Below, piece by piece: positions 1 to 9,541 of a stretch of DNA of 64,000 nucleotides. Position numbers and translations under genes: made by a program. This stretch comes from Chloroflexota bacterium. Lineage in GTDB: Bacteria; Chloroflexota; Anaerolineae; Promineifilales; Promineifilaceae. Within the stretch, counting starts at the first letter, position 1, and each line of letters opens with the position of its first letter. The stretch is from the NCBI GenBank assembly GCA_048620455.1, contig JBMCFH010000002.1, positions 513-64,512 of the forward strand. The letters are read 5' to 3'. The notes under the pieces are model-generated. The model did not search any database. It was given only the letters and a program-made list of their open reading frames with translations, and was not told where the DNA came from.

Positions 1-2
1 AT

Positions 3-809
3 GATCTGATGCTGCGCCAGAATCGGCTGCAGGAAATCGGACTGCGCCACACGCGACTGCCGGGGCAGGGAACCGAGTTTGAACGGCTCCGCGAATACCG
101 GCCCGATGATGAGTACCGCCGCATCAATTGGAAGGCCACAGCCCGCCGCCACCGGCCGATTACAATCGAGTATCAGACGGAGCGCAGCCAGAACATCATG
201 GCAGTGCTGGACACGGGACGCATGATGCAGAGCCCCATCGCGGACATTGCCAAGCTGGATTATGCAGTGAATGCGGTCTTGCTCCTGGCCTACGTAGCCA
301 CGGGCATGGGCGACAAGGTGGGCATGATGACATTCGCCGACGAGGTAGAACAGTATCTGCGACCGCGCCAGGGGCGCGGTCAATTTTACCGCATGCTGGA
401 GCAGCTCTACGCGGTCGAAACCCGACCGGTCGAGCCAGACTACCGGCAGGGCCTGGGCTATCTTGCGCTTAAGCAACGGCGCCGCGCGCTGATCGTTATC
501 TTCACCGACATCAGCAGCGGCGCCAGCGTGCAATCCCTCTTAGAGCACACAAGGCTATTGGCCAGAGACAATTTGCCGTTGGTGGTCACCATCAGCGATC
601 CTGACGTGCACCATCTTGCGCGCCAGATCCCCACAAATTCTATGGACGTTTACCGCCGCGCGGCGGCTCAGCAGTTGCTGCAGGAGCGCAGCAGCACGCT
701 GGAAACGCTCCAGCGCCATGGCGCGCCGACCCTCGACGTGCCTGCCACCCAGCTGTCGATTGGCGTTGTCAATCGTTATCTGCAGCTGAAACGCCAGTCG
801 CGACTCTAG
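3..809 (+). CDS. DUF58 (vWA-like, MoxR-associated) protein, 5' end cut by window edge
   Basis: The frame is open from nt 3, with no stop before the listed ATG at 9, so the N-terminus lies upstream of the window. The translated signature LREYRPDDEYRRINWKATAR, followed by a vWA-like beta-alpha region (ALIVIFTDIS), is the hallmark of DUF58 proteins. Confidence 0.8.
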   Translation, partial: DLMLRQNRLQEIGLRHTRLPGQGTEFERLREYRPDDEYRRINWKATARRHRPITIEYQTERSQNIMAVLDTGRMMQSPIADIAKLDYAVNAVLLLAYVATGMGDKVGMMTFADEVEQYLRPRQGRGQFYRMLEQLYAVETRPVEPDYRQGLGYLALKQRRRALIVIFTDISSGASVQSLLEHTRLLARDNLPLVVTISDPDVHHLARQIPTNSMDVYRRAAAQQLLQERSSTLETLQRHGAPTLDVPATQLSIGVVNRYLQLKRQSRL

Positions 810-928
810 CCGGCTTCCACGATCACGAGCGACAGCGACAACGAAGACCAGCGCCTCTTACGTGATTCTTTGCCACCCTATATAGAATAGGCGAAAGATT
901 CTTCAAGATAACTGATAAGGAGGCCACG

Positions 929-1654
929 GTGCAGGATGGCGTAGAAGAACGTGGGCGCGTGAAGTGGCGCAAGCTCACAACTCTCTATCGGCGAATCACA
1001 CGACTCGAGCTACGCATTTTGATTTTGTTGGCGCTGGTGCTCGGTGGGTTATGGGCCTTCCTCGCGCTGGCCGAGGTCGCCGTGGAGGAAGAATCCCACC
1101 CATTTGACACACGCATCCTATTGGCTATGCGCAATCCTGCGGATAGCGGCGATCCGTTAGGGCCGCCCTGGTTTGAAGAAATGATGCGCGACATCACTGC
1201 CCTCGGTGGGACAGGCGTGGTCGCCTTTGTCACGCTGAGCAGCGTTGGCTTTCTCCTTATTCGCCGTGATTACGGCACCGCAGCACTAATCGTCGTGGCA
1301 ATTGTCGGCGCTTATGCCCTGAGCATTGGATTGAAACTCACCTTTGACCGGCCGCGCCCCGATCTGGTTGCCCGATCCACAGAAGTGTTTAATCCTAGCT
1401 ATCCCAGCGGGCACTCAATGTTGTCTGCTGCTTCCTATCTCACGCTGGGAGCGGTGCTGGCGCGTGTGCAGGCCTGGCGACGGCTAAAGATATATATCCT
1501 GAGCCTGGCCATTGTGCTCACGCTGGCCATTGGCATCAGCCGTGTCTATCTCGGCGTTCACTGGCCAACCGACGTACTCGGAGGCTGGGCTGCAGGCTCC
1601 GTGTGGGCCATCATTGTCTGGCTGCTAGCCAACTGGCAGCGCCGGCCCGGGTAA
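929..1654 (+). CDS. PAP2-family membrane phosphatase (phosphatidic acid / undecaprenyl-PP phosphatase-like)
   Basis: All three PAP2 motifs are present: KLTFDRPRP (KxxxxxxRP), PSGHS, and SRVYLGVHWPTDV (SRxxxxxHxxxD). There are several hydrophobic helices. AAGGAGG at 917-923 lies 5 nt upstream of the GTG start. Confidence 0.85.
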   Translation: MQDGVEERGRVKWRKLTTLYRRITRLELRILILLALVLGGLWAFLALAEVAVEEESHPFDTRILLAMRNPADSGDPLGPPWFEEMMRDITALGGTGVVAFVTLSSVGFLLIRRDYGTAALIVVAIVGAYALSIGLKLTFDRPRPDLVARSTEVFNPSYPSGHSMLSAASYLTLGAVLARVQAWRRLKIYILSLAIVLTLAIGISRVYLGVHWPTDVLGGWAAGSVWAIIVWLLANWQRRPG

Positions 1655-1839
1655 TCAATGGCGTCACCCACGGCGTTCAGCACACAGTGACACTACCCGA
1701 ACTGATGTCCAGCGCAATGTCCACGCGGTCGGCCGCATTCTCGTACGCTTCTGTCTGCCATGTACCCTCATCTCCATTCCCGCCACTCACTCGATCGATT
1801 TAGCCATGGAAACCGTGACAAAAAGCGCCGCGCCGTGCT

Positions 1840-1868
1840 TTGACAACCGCCTGCCTTTCCTCTAGAAT
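1840..1868 (+). promoter_or_regulatory. sigma70-type promoter candidate for the EF-G gene
   Basis: TTGACA (1840-1845), a 17-nt spacer, then TAGAAT (1863-1868), about 75 nt upstream of the ATG at 1942. Confidence 0.5.
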
Positions 1869-1941
1869 CAGGTTGTTTTTAGAGAGGTAGCACATCGCAA
1901 TTGGATCGTAACCTTCCCCCATATCAAGAGGTTGTTCCGGA

Positions 1942-4008
1942 ATGAAAGAATACAAAACGAGAGATATCCGTAATATTGCCCTCGTTTCGCACAGCGGAGC
2001 GGGTAAAACCACCATGGTTGAGCGTTTTCTGTTCAACACAGATGTGACGACCCGCATGGGCAGCGTGCAACAGGGTACTGCAGCGATGGACTTTGAAGAG
2101 GAGGAGATTGCCCGCAACAGCTCAATCGTCACCGCTATCGCACCCGTCGAGTGGAAAGGCAAGAAGCTGAACTTCCTGGACACGCCGGGCTACGCCGACT
2201 TCGTTGGTGAAGTTTTTAGCGCGCTGAAGGTAGCTGAGGGCGCCCTCATCCTGGTCGAAGCCGTCGCCGGCGTCGAAGTAGGCACGGAACTGGTCTGGCA
2301 GTACGCAGAGGAACGAAACCTGCCGCGCATGGTCGTGGTCAACAAGATGGACCGCGAAAACGTGCGCGTGCAACGCGTCAACGAAAGCCTGGAGAATTAC
2401 CTGCCCGGCAACCTGATTCGGCTGCAGTTGCCAATCGGCGAAGGTCCCGACTTCCAGGGTGTGGTGGATCTCATCAGTATGAAAGCCCACATCGGCAGCG
2501 ACGGAAAAACCAGCGATATACCGGACGATCTGGTTGATGCTGCCGAGGAAGCCCGCTTCGAATTGGTGGAAGCGGCGGCTGAAGGGGACGACGAGTTGCT
2601 GATGAAGTATTTCGAAGACGAGCCCCTCAGCAACGAGGAGATCCTGCGGGGTCTGAAGCAGGCGATGCGCAAGGGTACAGCAGTACCCGTGCTCTTCAGC
2701 GCACCGGAGCCTGGGCTGGCAGTCGAACCGCTGTTGGACTATGTTTCCCAATTAATGCCAGCACCTGACGAAGAGACCACATTTGCGGCTGTCAACGCTT
2801 CCGGCGAAGAGGAATCCTTTGAGGTTAGCGATAAGTCGCCACTCACGGCCTTTGTCTTCAAGACCCGCGAGGATCCCTATGGCAAGATGAGTTATCTGCG
2901 GGTCTACGGCGGCGCCCTCTCCTCAGACACGCGCGTGTGGAACGCCAACCGCGAGGAAGAAGTTCGCGTGGGTACCATCGTGCTCCTGCGCGGCAAGGAA
3001 CAGATCGCCGTCGAGCGCCTGCACGCCGGCGACATCGGCGCCGTGGTCAAGCTCGGCGACGCAACGACCAACGACACCCTCTGCGAGCAGGGTCGTTCGC
3101 TAACCATTCAGCCGATTGCCCAACCGGAGCCGATCATGTCTATCGCCGTGCACCCAGTCGCTCAATCAGACATGGCCAAACTGAGCACCACCCTGAACCG
3201 GCTGGCGGCGGAGGATCCCACGCTGCGCTGGCATAACGAACCGGCCACGCGCGAAGTCATTATGTCCGGAATGGGCAACGCTCATCTGGACATTGCCGTG
3301 AAGAAGGCTCGCTCGAAGTTCGGCCTGAACCTGACGACCAGCACGCCCAAGATCCCTTACCGCGAAACAATCACTCGCACCAACTCGGCCGAGTACACGC
3401 ACAAGAAGCAGACGGGCGGCGCGGGGCAGTATGCGCGCGTCTATCTGCGCGTGGAATCGATGAACGACGATCAGACATTTGAGTTCGACTCAGAAGTCTT
3501 CGGCGGAGCAATTTCACAGCCCTTTATACCGGCCGTTGAGAAGGGCTGCCGCCAGGCGTTAGAATCAGGGGTATTGGCCGGCTATCCCATGACCGGGATC
3601 AAGGCCGTCGTTTATGACGGCAAGGAGCACCCCGTAGACTCCAAGGAAATCGCTTTCCAGATCGCGGGGCGCGAGTGTTTCAAGCGCGCGGCGATGGGCG
3701 CCGGCCCCATTCTTCTGGAGCCAATCTACGAAGCGGTCGTCACGGTACCCAATGAGAACATGGGCGACATCATGGGCGATCTCAATTCACGGCGCGCCCG
3801 GGTGCTCGGTATGGAACAGGAAGGAACCAAGGCCATCGTACGCGCCGAAGTTCCTCTGGCTGAGATGCAGACCTACTCGGCGGATTTACGCTCGATGACC
3901 CAGGGTCGCGGCGTTTACAGTATGAAGTTCTTGCGCTATGGGCGTGTCCCGGCGCACATACAAGAGCAGCTCGTTGAGGAGTCGAAGCGCGAAGCAGAAA
4001 CGGCCTAG
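1942..4008 (+). CDS. fusA: elongation factor G family GTPase (stand-alone copy, not in an rpsL-rpsG-fusA-tuf context)
   Basis: GTPase motifs are present: G1 SHSGAGKTT, G3 DTPGYADF, G4 NKMD. The 688-aa length fits the five-domain EF-G layout, and the C-terminal domain IV/V-like sequence is conserved (TLLEPIYEAVVTVP...GDIMGDLNSRRA). Confidence 0.9.
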   Translation: MKEYKTRDIRNIALVSHSGAGKTTMVERFLFNTDVTTRMGSVQQGTAAMDFEEEEIARNSSIVTAIAPVEWKGKKLNFLDTPGYADFVGEVFSALKVAEGALILVEAVAGVEVGTELVWQYAEERNLPRMVVVNKMDRENVRVQRVNESLENYLPGNLIRLQLPIGEGPDFQGVVDLISMKAHIGSDGKTSDIPDDLVDAAEEARFELVEAAAEGDDELLMKYFEDEPLSNEEILRGLKQAMRKGTAVPVLFSAPEPGLAVEPLLDYVSQLMPAPDEETTFAAVNASGEEESFEVSDKSPLTAFVFKTREDPYGKMSYLRVYGGALSSDTRVWNANREEEVRVGTIVLLRGKEQIAVERLHAGDIGAVVKLGDATTNDTLCEQGRSLTIQPIAQPEPIMSIAVHPVAQSDMAKLSTTLNRLAAEDPTLRWHNEPATREVIMSGMGNAHLDIAVKKARSKFGLNLTTSTPKIPYRETITRTNSAEYTHKKQTGGAGQYARVYLRVESMNDDQTFEFDSEVFGGAISQPFIPAVEKGCRQALESGVLAGYPMTGIKAVVYDGKEHPVDSKEIAFQIAGRECFKRAAMGAGPILLEPIYEAVVTVPNENMGDIMGDLNSRRARVLGMEQEGTKAIVRAEVPLAEMQTYSADLRSMTQGRGVYSMKFLRYGRVPAHIQEQLVEESKREAETA

Positions 4009-4035
4009 ATTCTGCTGCTAAGAGAGCAATTCCTG

Positions 4036-4064
4036 AGGGCGCGCCACACGGTGCGCCCTTTTTC
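4036..4064 (+). terminator. rho-independent terminator after EF-G
   Basis: Stem AGGGCGC (4036-4042) pairs with GCGCCCT (4053-4059) across a 10-nt loop, followed by a TTTTT run. It sits between convergent genes. Confidence 0.6.
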
Positions 4065-4099
4065 GTTGCCCTAAACCGTTGCCAGAGCGGCAGTCTCTC

Positions 4100-5068
4100 T
4101 TACGTCGCCAGGCGCCAGCGGCGGGCGTTTACCCCCTTCATGATATTACTGGCTTCGACCGCTCGCGCACTGTCCGTGCGTAGCATGAGCAGGATATGGC
4201 CCCGTTTGACGCTGCTGGCGTAGCGATACTCGTCTTCCTGGGAAACACCGAGGCCGATGATGGCTCCAATCAGGGCTCCGAAGAAAAGCCCGGCGGCTGC
4301 CCCCAGCACAATCGTCCACAAAAACACCTCCAGCGTGCTCAGGCCAAAGAGCGCTGTGCCAGGCGCGACGATGGCGCTGATGCTGGCCACCAGGCCCAGC
4401 ACGACGCCGACAGCAGCGCCGACCAGGGCGCCGGCAAGAGCGCTTTCCACCGTCGTATTGGCCACGTGCTGGCCCTCATACACCGTGAGGACATCCTTCA
4501 AAGGCACTCTTTCCATTTGCTGCGGGTCAAATCCGGCATCCGCCAGATCGGAAACCGCTTCGCCGACGCTATCCTCATCATTAAACAGGCGCACCACCAA
4601 CTGGCGTCCGTCGCGGCCCTGCAACTCCTGTACGCGCCCGTGGACTTCCTGAATGCGCTCATGCTGCGCCGCAATGTCGGGGCGCAGGTCATTGGGCATC
4701 GCGCGTTCCATAGCGTCTTCATAGGTGCGCACTGCCACACTTTCGCCACGCACAACCTCAGACAGGACCACAGCTTCCGTCGCCGGCTGTCCAATCGTCA
4801 TCGCTGCCTTGATGTTGATCCAGCCCCGGTGGATGGCTGCCAGCGGCCCGCCCCCCTGCGCAGGCTCACCACCAAGCGACTCGACAGCTGCTTGCAACTG
4901 TCCGGCGTACTGGGAACGCTCCTGGGCGTACGTCTTGAACATCACCTTCAGGCCGCGGTTTTTTACGTTTTCCGCCGCGACGTTGAAGCCTTTCTCGCTG
5001 GCAATGCACAAACGTGCCAGACGATTCAAGGTTGCGACTGCCTGCCGGTTCTGTGTAGCCATACACAC
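4100..5068 (-). CDS. stress-protein fusion: PA2169/DUF2383-like four-helix bundle + YflT/general-stress-17M-like domains + glycine-zipper TM segments
   Basis: The N-terminus LNRLARLCIASEKGFNVAAENVKNRGLKVMFKTYAQERSQYAGQL resembles the ferritin-like DUF2383 family. The middle (VVRLFNDEDSVGEAVSDLADAGFD) and the C-terminus (SVKRGHILLMLRTDSARAVEASNIM) resemble YflT-type stress domains. Two Gly/Ala-rich TM helices are present (GALVGAAVGVVLGLV; GAAAGLFFGALIGAIIGLG). Confidence 0.55.
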   Translation of the reverse strand: MCMATQNRQAVATLNRLARLCIASEKGFNVAAENVKNRGLKVMFKTYAQERSQYAGQLQAAVESLGGEPAQGGGPLAAIHRGWINIKAAMTIGQPATEAVVLSEVVRGESVAVRTYEDAMERAMPNDLRPDIAAQHERIQEVHGRVQELQGRDGRQLVVRLFNDEDSVGEAVSDLADAGFDPQQMERVPLKDVLTVYEGQHVANTTVESALAGALVGAAVGVVLGLVASISAIVAPGTALFGLSTLEVFLWTIVLGAAAGLFFGALIGAIIGLGVSQEDEYRYASSVKRGHILLMLRTDSARAVEASNIMKGVNARRWRLAT

Positions 5069-5304
5069 ACTCCTTTTGCATCAGCTTACACTGACTATGC
5101 AATTGTCAGGCGATAATGTTGGTTGCGACGAATTACCAGTGGGAATATGGTAGATAGCTCATCACGTTCCAGTATACCGCACTTAACTGAACAGTCGCAA
5201 CGAGGGTGCAGAAGTTACGGTTGGCTCCAGCACGGAGACCTTCCGGCGCAGCTGGCCGGCCGGTGGTAAGTGCACAGAAACCGTGGGCCGCAGAAGCTAT
5301 CGAT

Positions 5305-6276
5305 TTACACGAGATGCTGCGAAAAGAAGTCGGTTAACAGCTCCGGATGCTGAACCGGGTAACGGTAGCCGTCGTGGCGGTGTTGGGCATCGAGGAAGAA
5401 GGGATCGACAGCACCCGGCGTCCGCGCCGCCATCTGCGCCACATTGCTGACGCTGCCCCAGCGGTCCCCGCTGCTCTGCACGTACAGGACGGGCACGTCG
5501 CCGGCGCCGGCGACCACCATTAGTGGCTCAATGCCGCCCAGCGACATATGGCTCGCCCCCTGATAGAGCAGTTCGGCTACGCTCAACACGGGCTTTCCCA
5601 ATGGACCCAACAAATCTGATGTGTAGCGCTCGGCGAAAAGGTGGGGGCTGGTCGGCTGTATAGCTGCCGCCGCACGGACGCGTGTGGTATGCGGCAAGGC
5701 AAAAAGCACGGAGTTGGCGCCCATGGAAAAACCAACGACGCCGATGCGCTCCTCGTCGACATCATCCCGTTCGCCGAGGTATTCCAGCGCCCCCAACAGG
5801 TCGTTCGACTCCTGCAATCCAAAAGTAACCGGCCCGCCCTGCGCGCTACGCCCATGATTTCGCGCATCAAAGCTGAGCACATTGAAGCCCGCTTCATGAA
5901 GCGCATGCGTCAGACGCAAGAGATCCACGGGCAGCGCCCCGCTGACATTGGCCAGAAAAGAATCCGCCGCCTGCCCAAGTCGATTCCAGAGCCAGCCATG
6001 CACCACCACAATCGTGGGTCGCGGACCGTCGGCGCCGTCAGCAGCGGGTATGAACCATCCAGACAGCCGCAATCCATCTCGCGCCGGGAACTCCACCTCC
6101 TCATAGGGTAGCCCTGCGTCGGCGGGCGAAGCCCATAGGACACTGCGAGAAGGACGTATCATCTGCCGGGCCATATAGGCAGCCAGACCCAGCACCAGAC
6201 CGGCAACGAGACCGACTCCAAGCAGGACCAGGCGAACGACACGGCGAAACAAATTCATAATAAGCCTCCTATTCAA
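5305..6276 (-). CDS. membrane-anchored alpha/beta hydrolase
   Basis: There is an N-terminal TM helix, an oxyanion-type HGW motif (VVVHGWLWN), the nucleophile elbow GFSMGAN (GxSxG), and distal Asp/His residues (SSGDRWG ... AQHRHDGY). Confidence 0.75.
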   Translation of the reverse strand: MNRRLIMNLFRRVVRLVLLGVGLVAGLVLGLAAYMARQMIRPSRSVLWASPADAGLPYEEVEFPARDGLRLSGWFIPAADGADGPRPTIVVVHGWLWNRLGQAADSFLANVSGALPVDLLRLTHALHEAGFNVLSFDARNHGRSAQGGPVTFGLQESNDLLGALEYLGERDDVDEERIGVVGFSMGANSVLFALPHTTRVRAAAAIQPTSPHLFAERYTSDLLGPLGKPVLSVAELLYQGASHMSLGGIEPLMVVAGAGDVPVLYVQSSGDRWGSVSNVAQMAARTPGAVDPFFLDAQHRHDGYRYPVQHPELLTDFFSQHLV

Positions 6277-6421
6277 TGGCGCCGGTAACGACCTTCATGG
6301 CTGATTGAGTGTGGCAACCCTCCACATGTGTATTATACCGTATCTCAGCTTTGGCGTATTTGCCAAAAAAGGATAAACTGAATCAGCATCATGATCGAAC
6401 GGCTAAGGGCACATCGCAGCC

Positions 6422-7684
6422 ATGAACCAGTCTGAGCTCGAACAACTTCTACAGCAGGCCCAAACCGCCAGCCAGGATAAGCAGCACGAAACCGCTCTTG
6501 CCTGTTACGATGACGTTCTCTCGGAAACGAAGGAGGAGCCAGAGTATAAGGAGTTGCGGCTGACGGCGATACGCGAGCGCAGCCGGCTGCTTGAACTAAT
6601 GGGGGAGCGCGAAGAAGCCCTGGCAGGGTACGAGAAATATTATCTGGAAGCGGGCTCCAATAAGCACGCCGTAGAGGCACTCGTGCTCATTGGCGATCTG
6701 CACACAGATATGGGCCGGCACCGCGAAGCGCTCGACGCCTACGACGAAGCGCTGAATCTGGCCGAAGCCTTCAACTATACCTTTGGCAGGGCCAAAGCCC
6801 TGGTCGGCTCCTCGTTGACTCTGCACCGGTTGGGACGAACGGAAGAAGGGCTCTCCAATATTCGCAAATCACTGGGCCTCTTCCAGCAAATCGACGACAG
6901 CGAAGGAGAGATGAGAGCCTGGAACCGGCTGGGCATCATCCACGCCCAGGCCGGACAAATTGACCGCGCCATCCACGCCTTCCAGAAAAGCCTGAAACTG
7001 GCACGCGAGATCGGCGACCGCGAAACGGCGATCAATCTCAGCAACATTGGCGAGTGCCATCAGGTGCTGTTCAACATGGAAGAGGCGCTGGAGTACCATC
7101 GCGAAGCCCTCGCTTTGGCCGAAAGCACAGCCTTCCGCTCGGTAGAAGCCGATACCTGTCGCAACCTCGGCTATGATCTCTACAATTTAGGCCAGATGGA
7201 AGAAGGTATTCGCTATCTGCAGCGAGCGTTGGAAATCAGTGACGAAACAACGCAGCGCGATGTAAAGTTGCAATCCTTGTACACGTTGGCCCTTGCCGAG
7301 ATACGGCGCGAAAACAGCCAGCTGGCGTGGAAGTACGCCGAAGAGTTGAAACGGCTTGTAGAATCGCGCAATTATCGCGTCTATCAGGCCGATGCCCTGC
7401 ACGCGCTGGGCCTTTGCCATAAGCTCGATGGCGACCTGGAGGCAGCGGAGCAACGCTGGCAAGAAGCCGTCTTCCTCGCTCACGATACAGGACGGCAGTT
7501 TCTGCTCTGGCAACTACACGCTGCGCTCGCGGACATCGCGCCAAATCCGGGGTTGGCGCAGGTACACCTGCAGATTGCTGCAGATATCATTCACCAGATA
7601 GCGTATCCCATCGAAAACGAGTCCGTGCGCAACACGTTCCTCGAGGCGCCCCAGGTGCAGCGAGTGCTGGCGCACGTCGAGTAG
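6422..7684 (+). CDS. tetratricopeptide-repeat (TPR) protein
   Basis: About 34-aa repeats recur with the TPR pattern, for example ALxxYxxALxLAExxG, ARALNNLG-like, and AIxxFQKSLKLAREIGDR. No catalytic motif was seen. Confidence 0.7.
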   Translation: MNQSELEQLLQQAQTASQDKQHETALACYDDVLSETKEEPEYKELRLTAIRERSRLLELMGEREEALAGYEKYYLEAGSNKHAVEALVLIGDLHTDMGRHREALDAYDEALNLAEAFNYTFGRAKALVGSSLTLHRLGRTEEGLSNIRKSLGLFQQIDDSEGEMRAWNRLGIIHAQAGQIDRAIHAFQKSLKLAREIGDRETAINLSNIGECHQVLFNMEEALEYHREALALAESTAFRSVEADTCRNLGYDLYNLGQMEEGIRYLQRALEISDETTQRDVKLQSLYTLALAEIRRENSQLAWKYAEELKRLVESRNYRVYQADALHALGLCHKLDGDLEAAEQRWQEAVFLAHDTGRQFLLWQLHAALADIAPNPGLAQVHLQIAADIIHQIAYPIENESVRNTFLEAPQVQRVLAHVE

Positions 7685-7695
7685 ACGCCTACCCC

Positions 7696-9342
7696 TTACT
7701 CATCGGTCACATCCAACAGCAGACCCAGTTGCGCCGTGATCTGCTGCAACTCCTGCCATTGCTGTCCGCGCACCACGGCTGCCAGATCACCCAGGCGCTC
7801 CCCAATGTATGGACGCGTCTTCGGGTTAGATTGCAGTGTGTCCAGAATGGACGAGTCGCGCACGCGTAGAATGACCGCGTGCTGCAAGCGACCCTCCAGA
7901 CCTCGTTCCGACCAGCGTTCCACTGCCCGGCGCACACTTGCCGGAATTGGACGACCGCTGGCCTCTTCTAAGAACTCCAACACCCTCTCAGGCCGGATGC
8001 CTGATTCCTGGGCCCGCGACAGGCTATCCGGCGTCAGCCGGTACTGGTAGGGCTCAGACGGGTCCAGCGGCTGCGGCTCTGCGACACGCGCCGCCTGGAA
8101 TCGCTGGTAGCGACTGGCGTTGAAGGGCACCAACAATGACGCATCTGGCTGAACCACCAATGGCACCTGCACATCCGTCCCCTGCAGCGGCGCCCCGTCT
8201 AGCCATTGCAGCGCCGCCTCTGTCAGACGATAGCGCCCATCGCCCACTTCAGTCAGTCCCAGCCAGGCCATCGGTCCGCTGAGCAGAAAGCGCAGCAAGC
8301 GGCCCTCGACGAGATCCCAATTCTCGAAACCACGCACGTAGACGTCCTGTTCCACATCGCGGATGTACCAGGTATCGTAATTACCTTCAGGGCGTTGAAA
8401 ATCAGGGGTTGTTTCTTTTATCAATGCCACCAGGTCGGCGAGTTGATACCAGGAACGATCCCGAGGCAACGCTTCTAGCAACGTCGCCCGTGGGGGAACT
8501 GGCTCGTTGCTCCACCCACTGCCCTCGCAGCGCAACCCTGGTGTGTGGCACAGATCATTCCACGAACTACCGCTCCACGCTTCGGCCAATGATCGCAACT
8601 GTGAGACGCGGTCCTCTTGCAGCCAACCAACAGCCGCCCGCGCGGGACGCAAACTGCCCTCGTGTGCTCGCAACAGCTCCAATTCTTCGGCCAATGTCAG
8701 GAGCAGATCGCTACGCGCCTCATCGCCGGCATACATGTACGGGCGCACAGCAGAGAGTTGCCCGCGCTGCAGGCCATCGCGCTGTGCAAAGGCCAGCAGT
8801 GTCGTCAGGTCATCGACCGCGTGCCCGGTTGCCTCTTCGTACGCCGCGGGTGGTTGCGCCGGATCCAGGGACGAGGCGGCTTCCACGTCCGCATCCGGCG
8901 CGCGTTCCGGCGCCGGGAATTGCTCAAGAAACTCTTTGGGAAGGTAGTAAAACTCCACCAGCCCCCCGTCGTCGCCGGCATTGTCGAAGCCGCGAAAGAG
9001 AAATCCCCGATACCACAGGGCCTCGGCGGGGCTGGCAGGCTCCAACCACGGCTCCTCACGCTCCAGCCGCCCAGGTCCCATCTGGCGCACTTCTCCGTGG
9101 TGGCGACTAAACGCAGCGACCGGCATCCTGCCGCCTTCGCGAACCAGCGCGTGCAGAACAGATGACTCTTCTGGAGGCAGATAGTTCAGTTCAAGCTCGA
9201 AATCCAGCTGCTGCAGCCGCTCGCTCAGCGCCTCAACACACGCCTCCTTGTCCGCTCCTGTCAAATCCAGCTCCCACCACTCACCTATCACGCGCAGGGT
9301 GATTAAATCGTGGTCAGAAAGAGCATTTTCCAGCGTTCGCAT
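7696..9342 (-). CDS. hypothetical protein with C-terminal XPB/Ssl2 N-terminal-like (helicase-associated, damage-recognition-type) domain; no helicase core
   Basis: The C-terminal ~120 aa (YQYRLTPDSLSRAQESGIRPERVLEFLEEASGRPIPASVRRAVERWSERG...ILRVRDSSILDTLQSNPKTRPYIGERLGDLAAVV...ELQQITAQLGLL) follow the pattern I recall for bacterial XPB N-terminal domains. No Walker A/B or DEAH motifs occur anywhere in the protein. GGAGG lies 5 nt upstream of the ATG. Confidence 0.45.
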   Translation of the reverse strand: MRTLENALSDHDLITLRVIGEWWELDLTGADKEACVEALSERLQQLDFELELNYLPPEESSVLHALVREGGRMPVAAFSRHHGEVRQMGPGRLEREEPWLEPASPAEALWYRGFLFRGFDNAGDDGGLVEFYYLPKEFLEQFPAPERAPDADVEAASSLDPAQPPAAYEEATGHAVDDLTTLLAFAQRDGLQRGQLSAVRPYMYAGDEARSDLLLTLAEELELLRAHEGSLRPARAAVGWLQEDRVSQLRSLAEAWSGSSWNDLCHTPGLRCEGSGWSNEPVPPRATLLEALPRDRSWYQLADLVALIKETTPDFQRPEGNYDTWYIRDVEQDVYVRGFENWDLVEGRLLRFLLSGPMAWLGLTEVGDGRYRLTEAALQWLDGAPLQGTDVQVPLVVQPDASLLVPFNASRYQRFQAARVAEPQPLDPSEPYQYRLTPDSLSRAQESGIRPERVLEFLEEASGRPIPASVRRAVERWSERGLEGRLQHAVILRVRDSSILDTLQSNPKTRPYIGERLGDLAAVVRGQQWQELQQITAQLGLLLDVTDE

Positions 9343-9472
9343 TATCCTCCGCTCCTGATTGATGTCCTCATTGGGAACATGCTGTCACTTTAGCACGACG
9401 ACGCCCAAACGACCACCGCGCACAGCCATTTGTATAGTACGAAATACACATAGGCGCCCCGTCTCGCTTACC

Positions 9473-9501
9473 TTTACACCCCCATCTAAACGTGCTATAC
9501 T
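9473..9501 (+). promoter_or_regulatory. sigma70-type promoter candidate for the 9.5-18.7 kb operon
   Basis: TTTACA (9473-9478), a 17-nt spacer, then TATACT (9496-9501), about 40 nt upstream of the first ORF (ATG 9542). Confidence 0.5.
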
Positions 9502-9541
9502 TTGCCTCGAATAACGTTACGTCAAGTCGCTGTGAAGTGCC

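Noticed and set aside
1942-4008. Stand-alone EF-G-like gene as a possible Tet(M)/Tet(O)-type ribosomal protection protein
   Set aside because: The length (688 aa) and the N-terminal sequence (KTRDIRNIALVSHSGAGKTT, then a long G' insertion) fit the EF-G family rather than the shorter (~640 aa) TetM-like proteins. There is no resistance or mobile-element context.
4196-5116. 306-aa plus-strand ORF overlapping the stress-protein gene
   Set aside because: The minus-strand product has recognisable domain patterns and TM glycine zippers. The plus-strand product is compositionally odd (Arg/His/Ala-rich) and runs through the upstream non-coding region.
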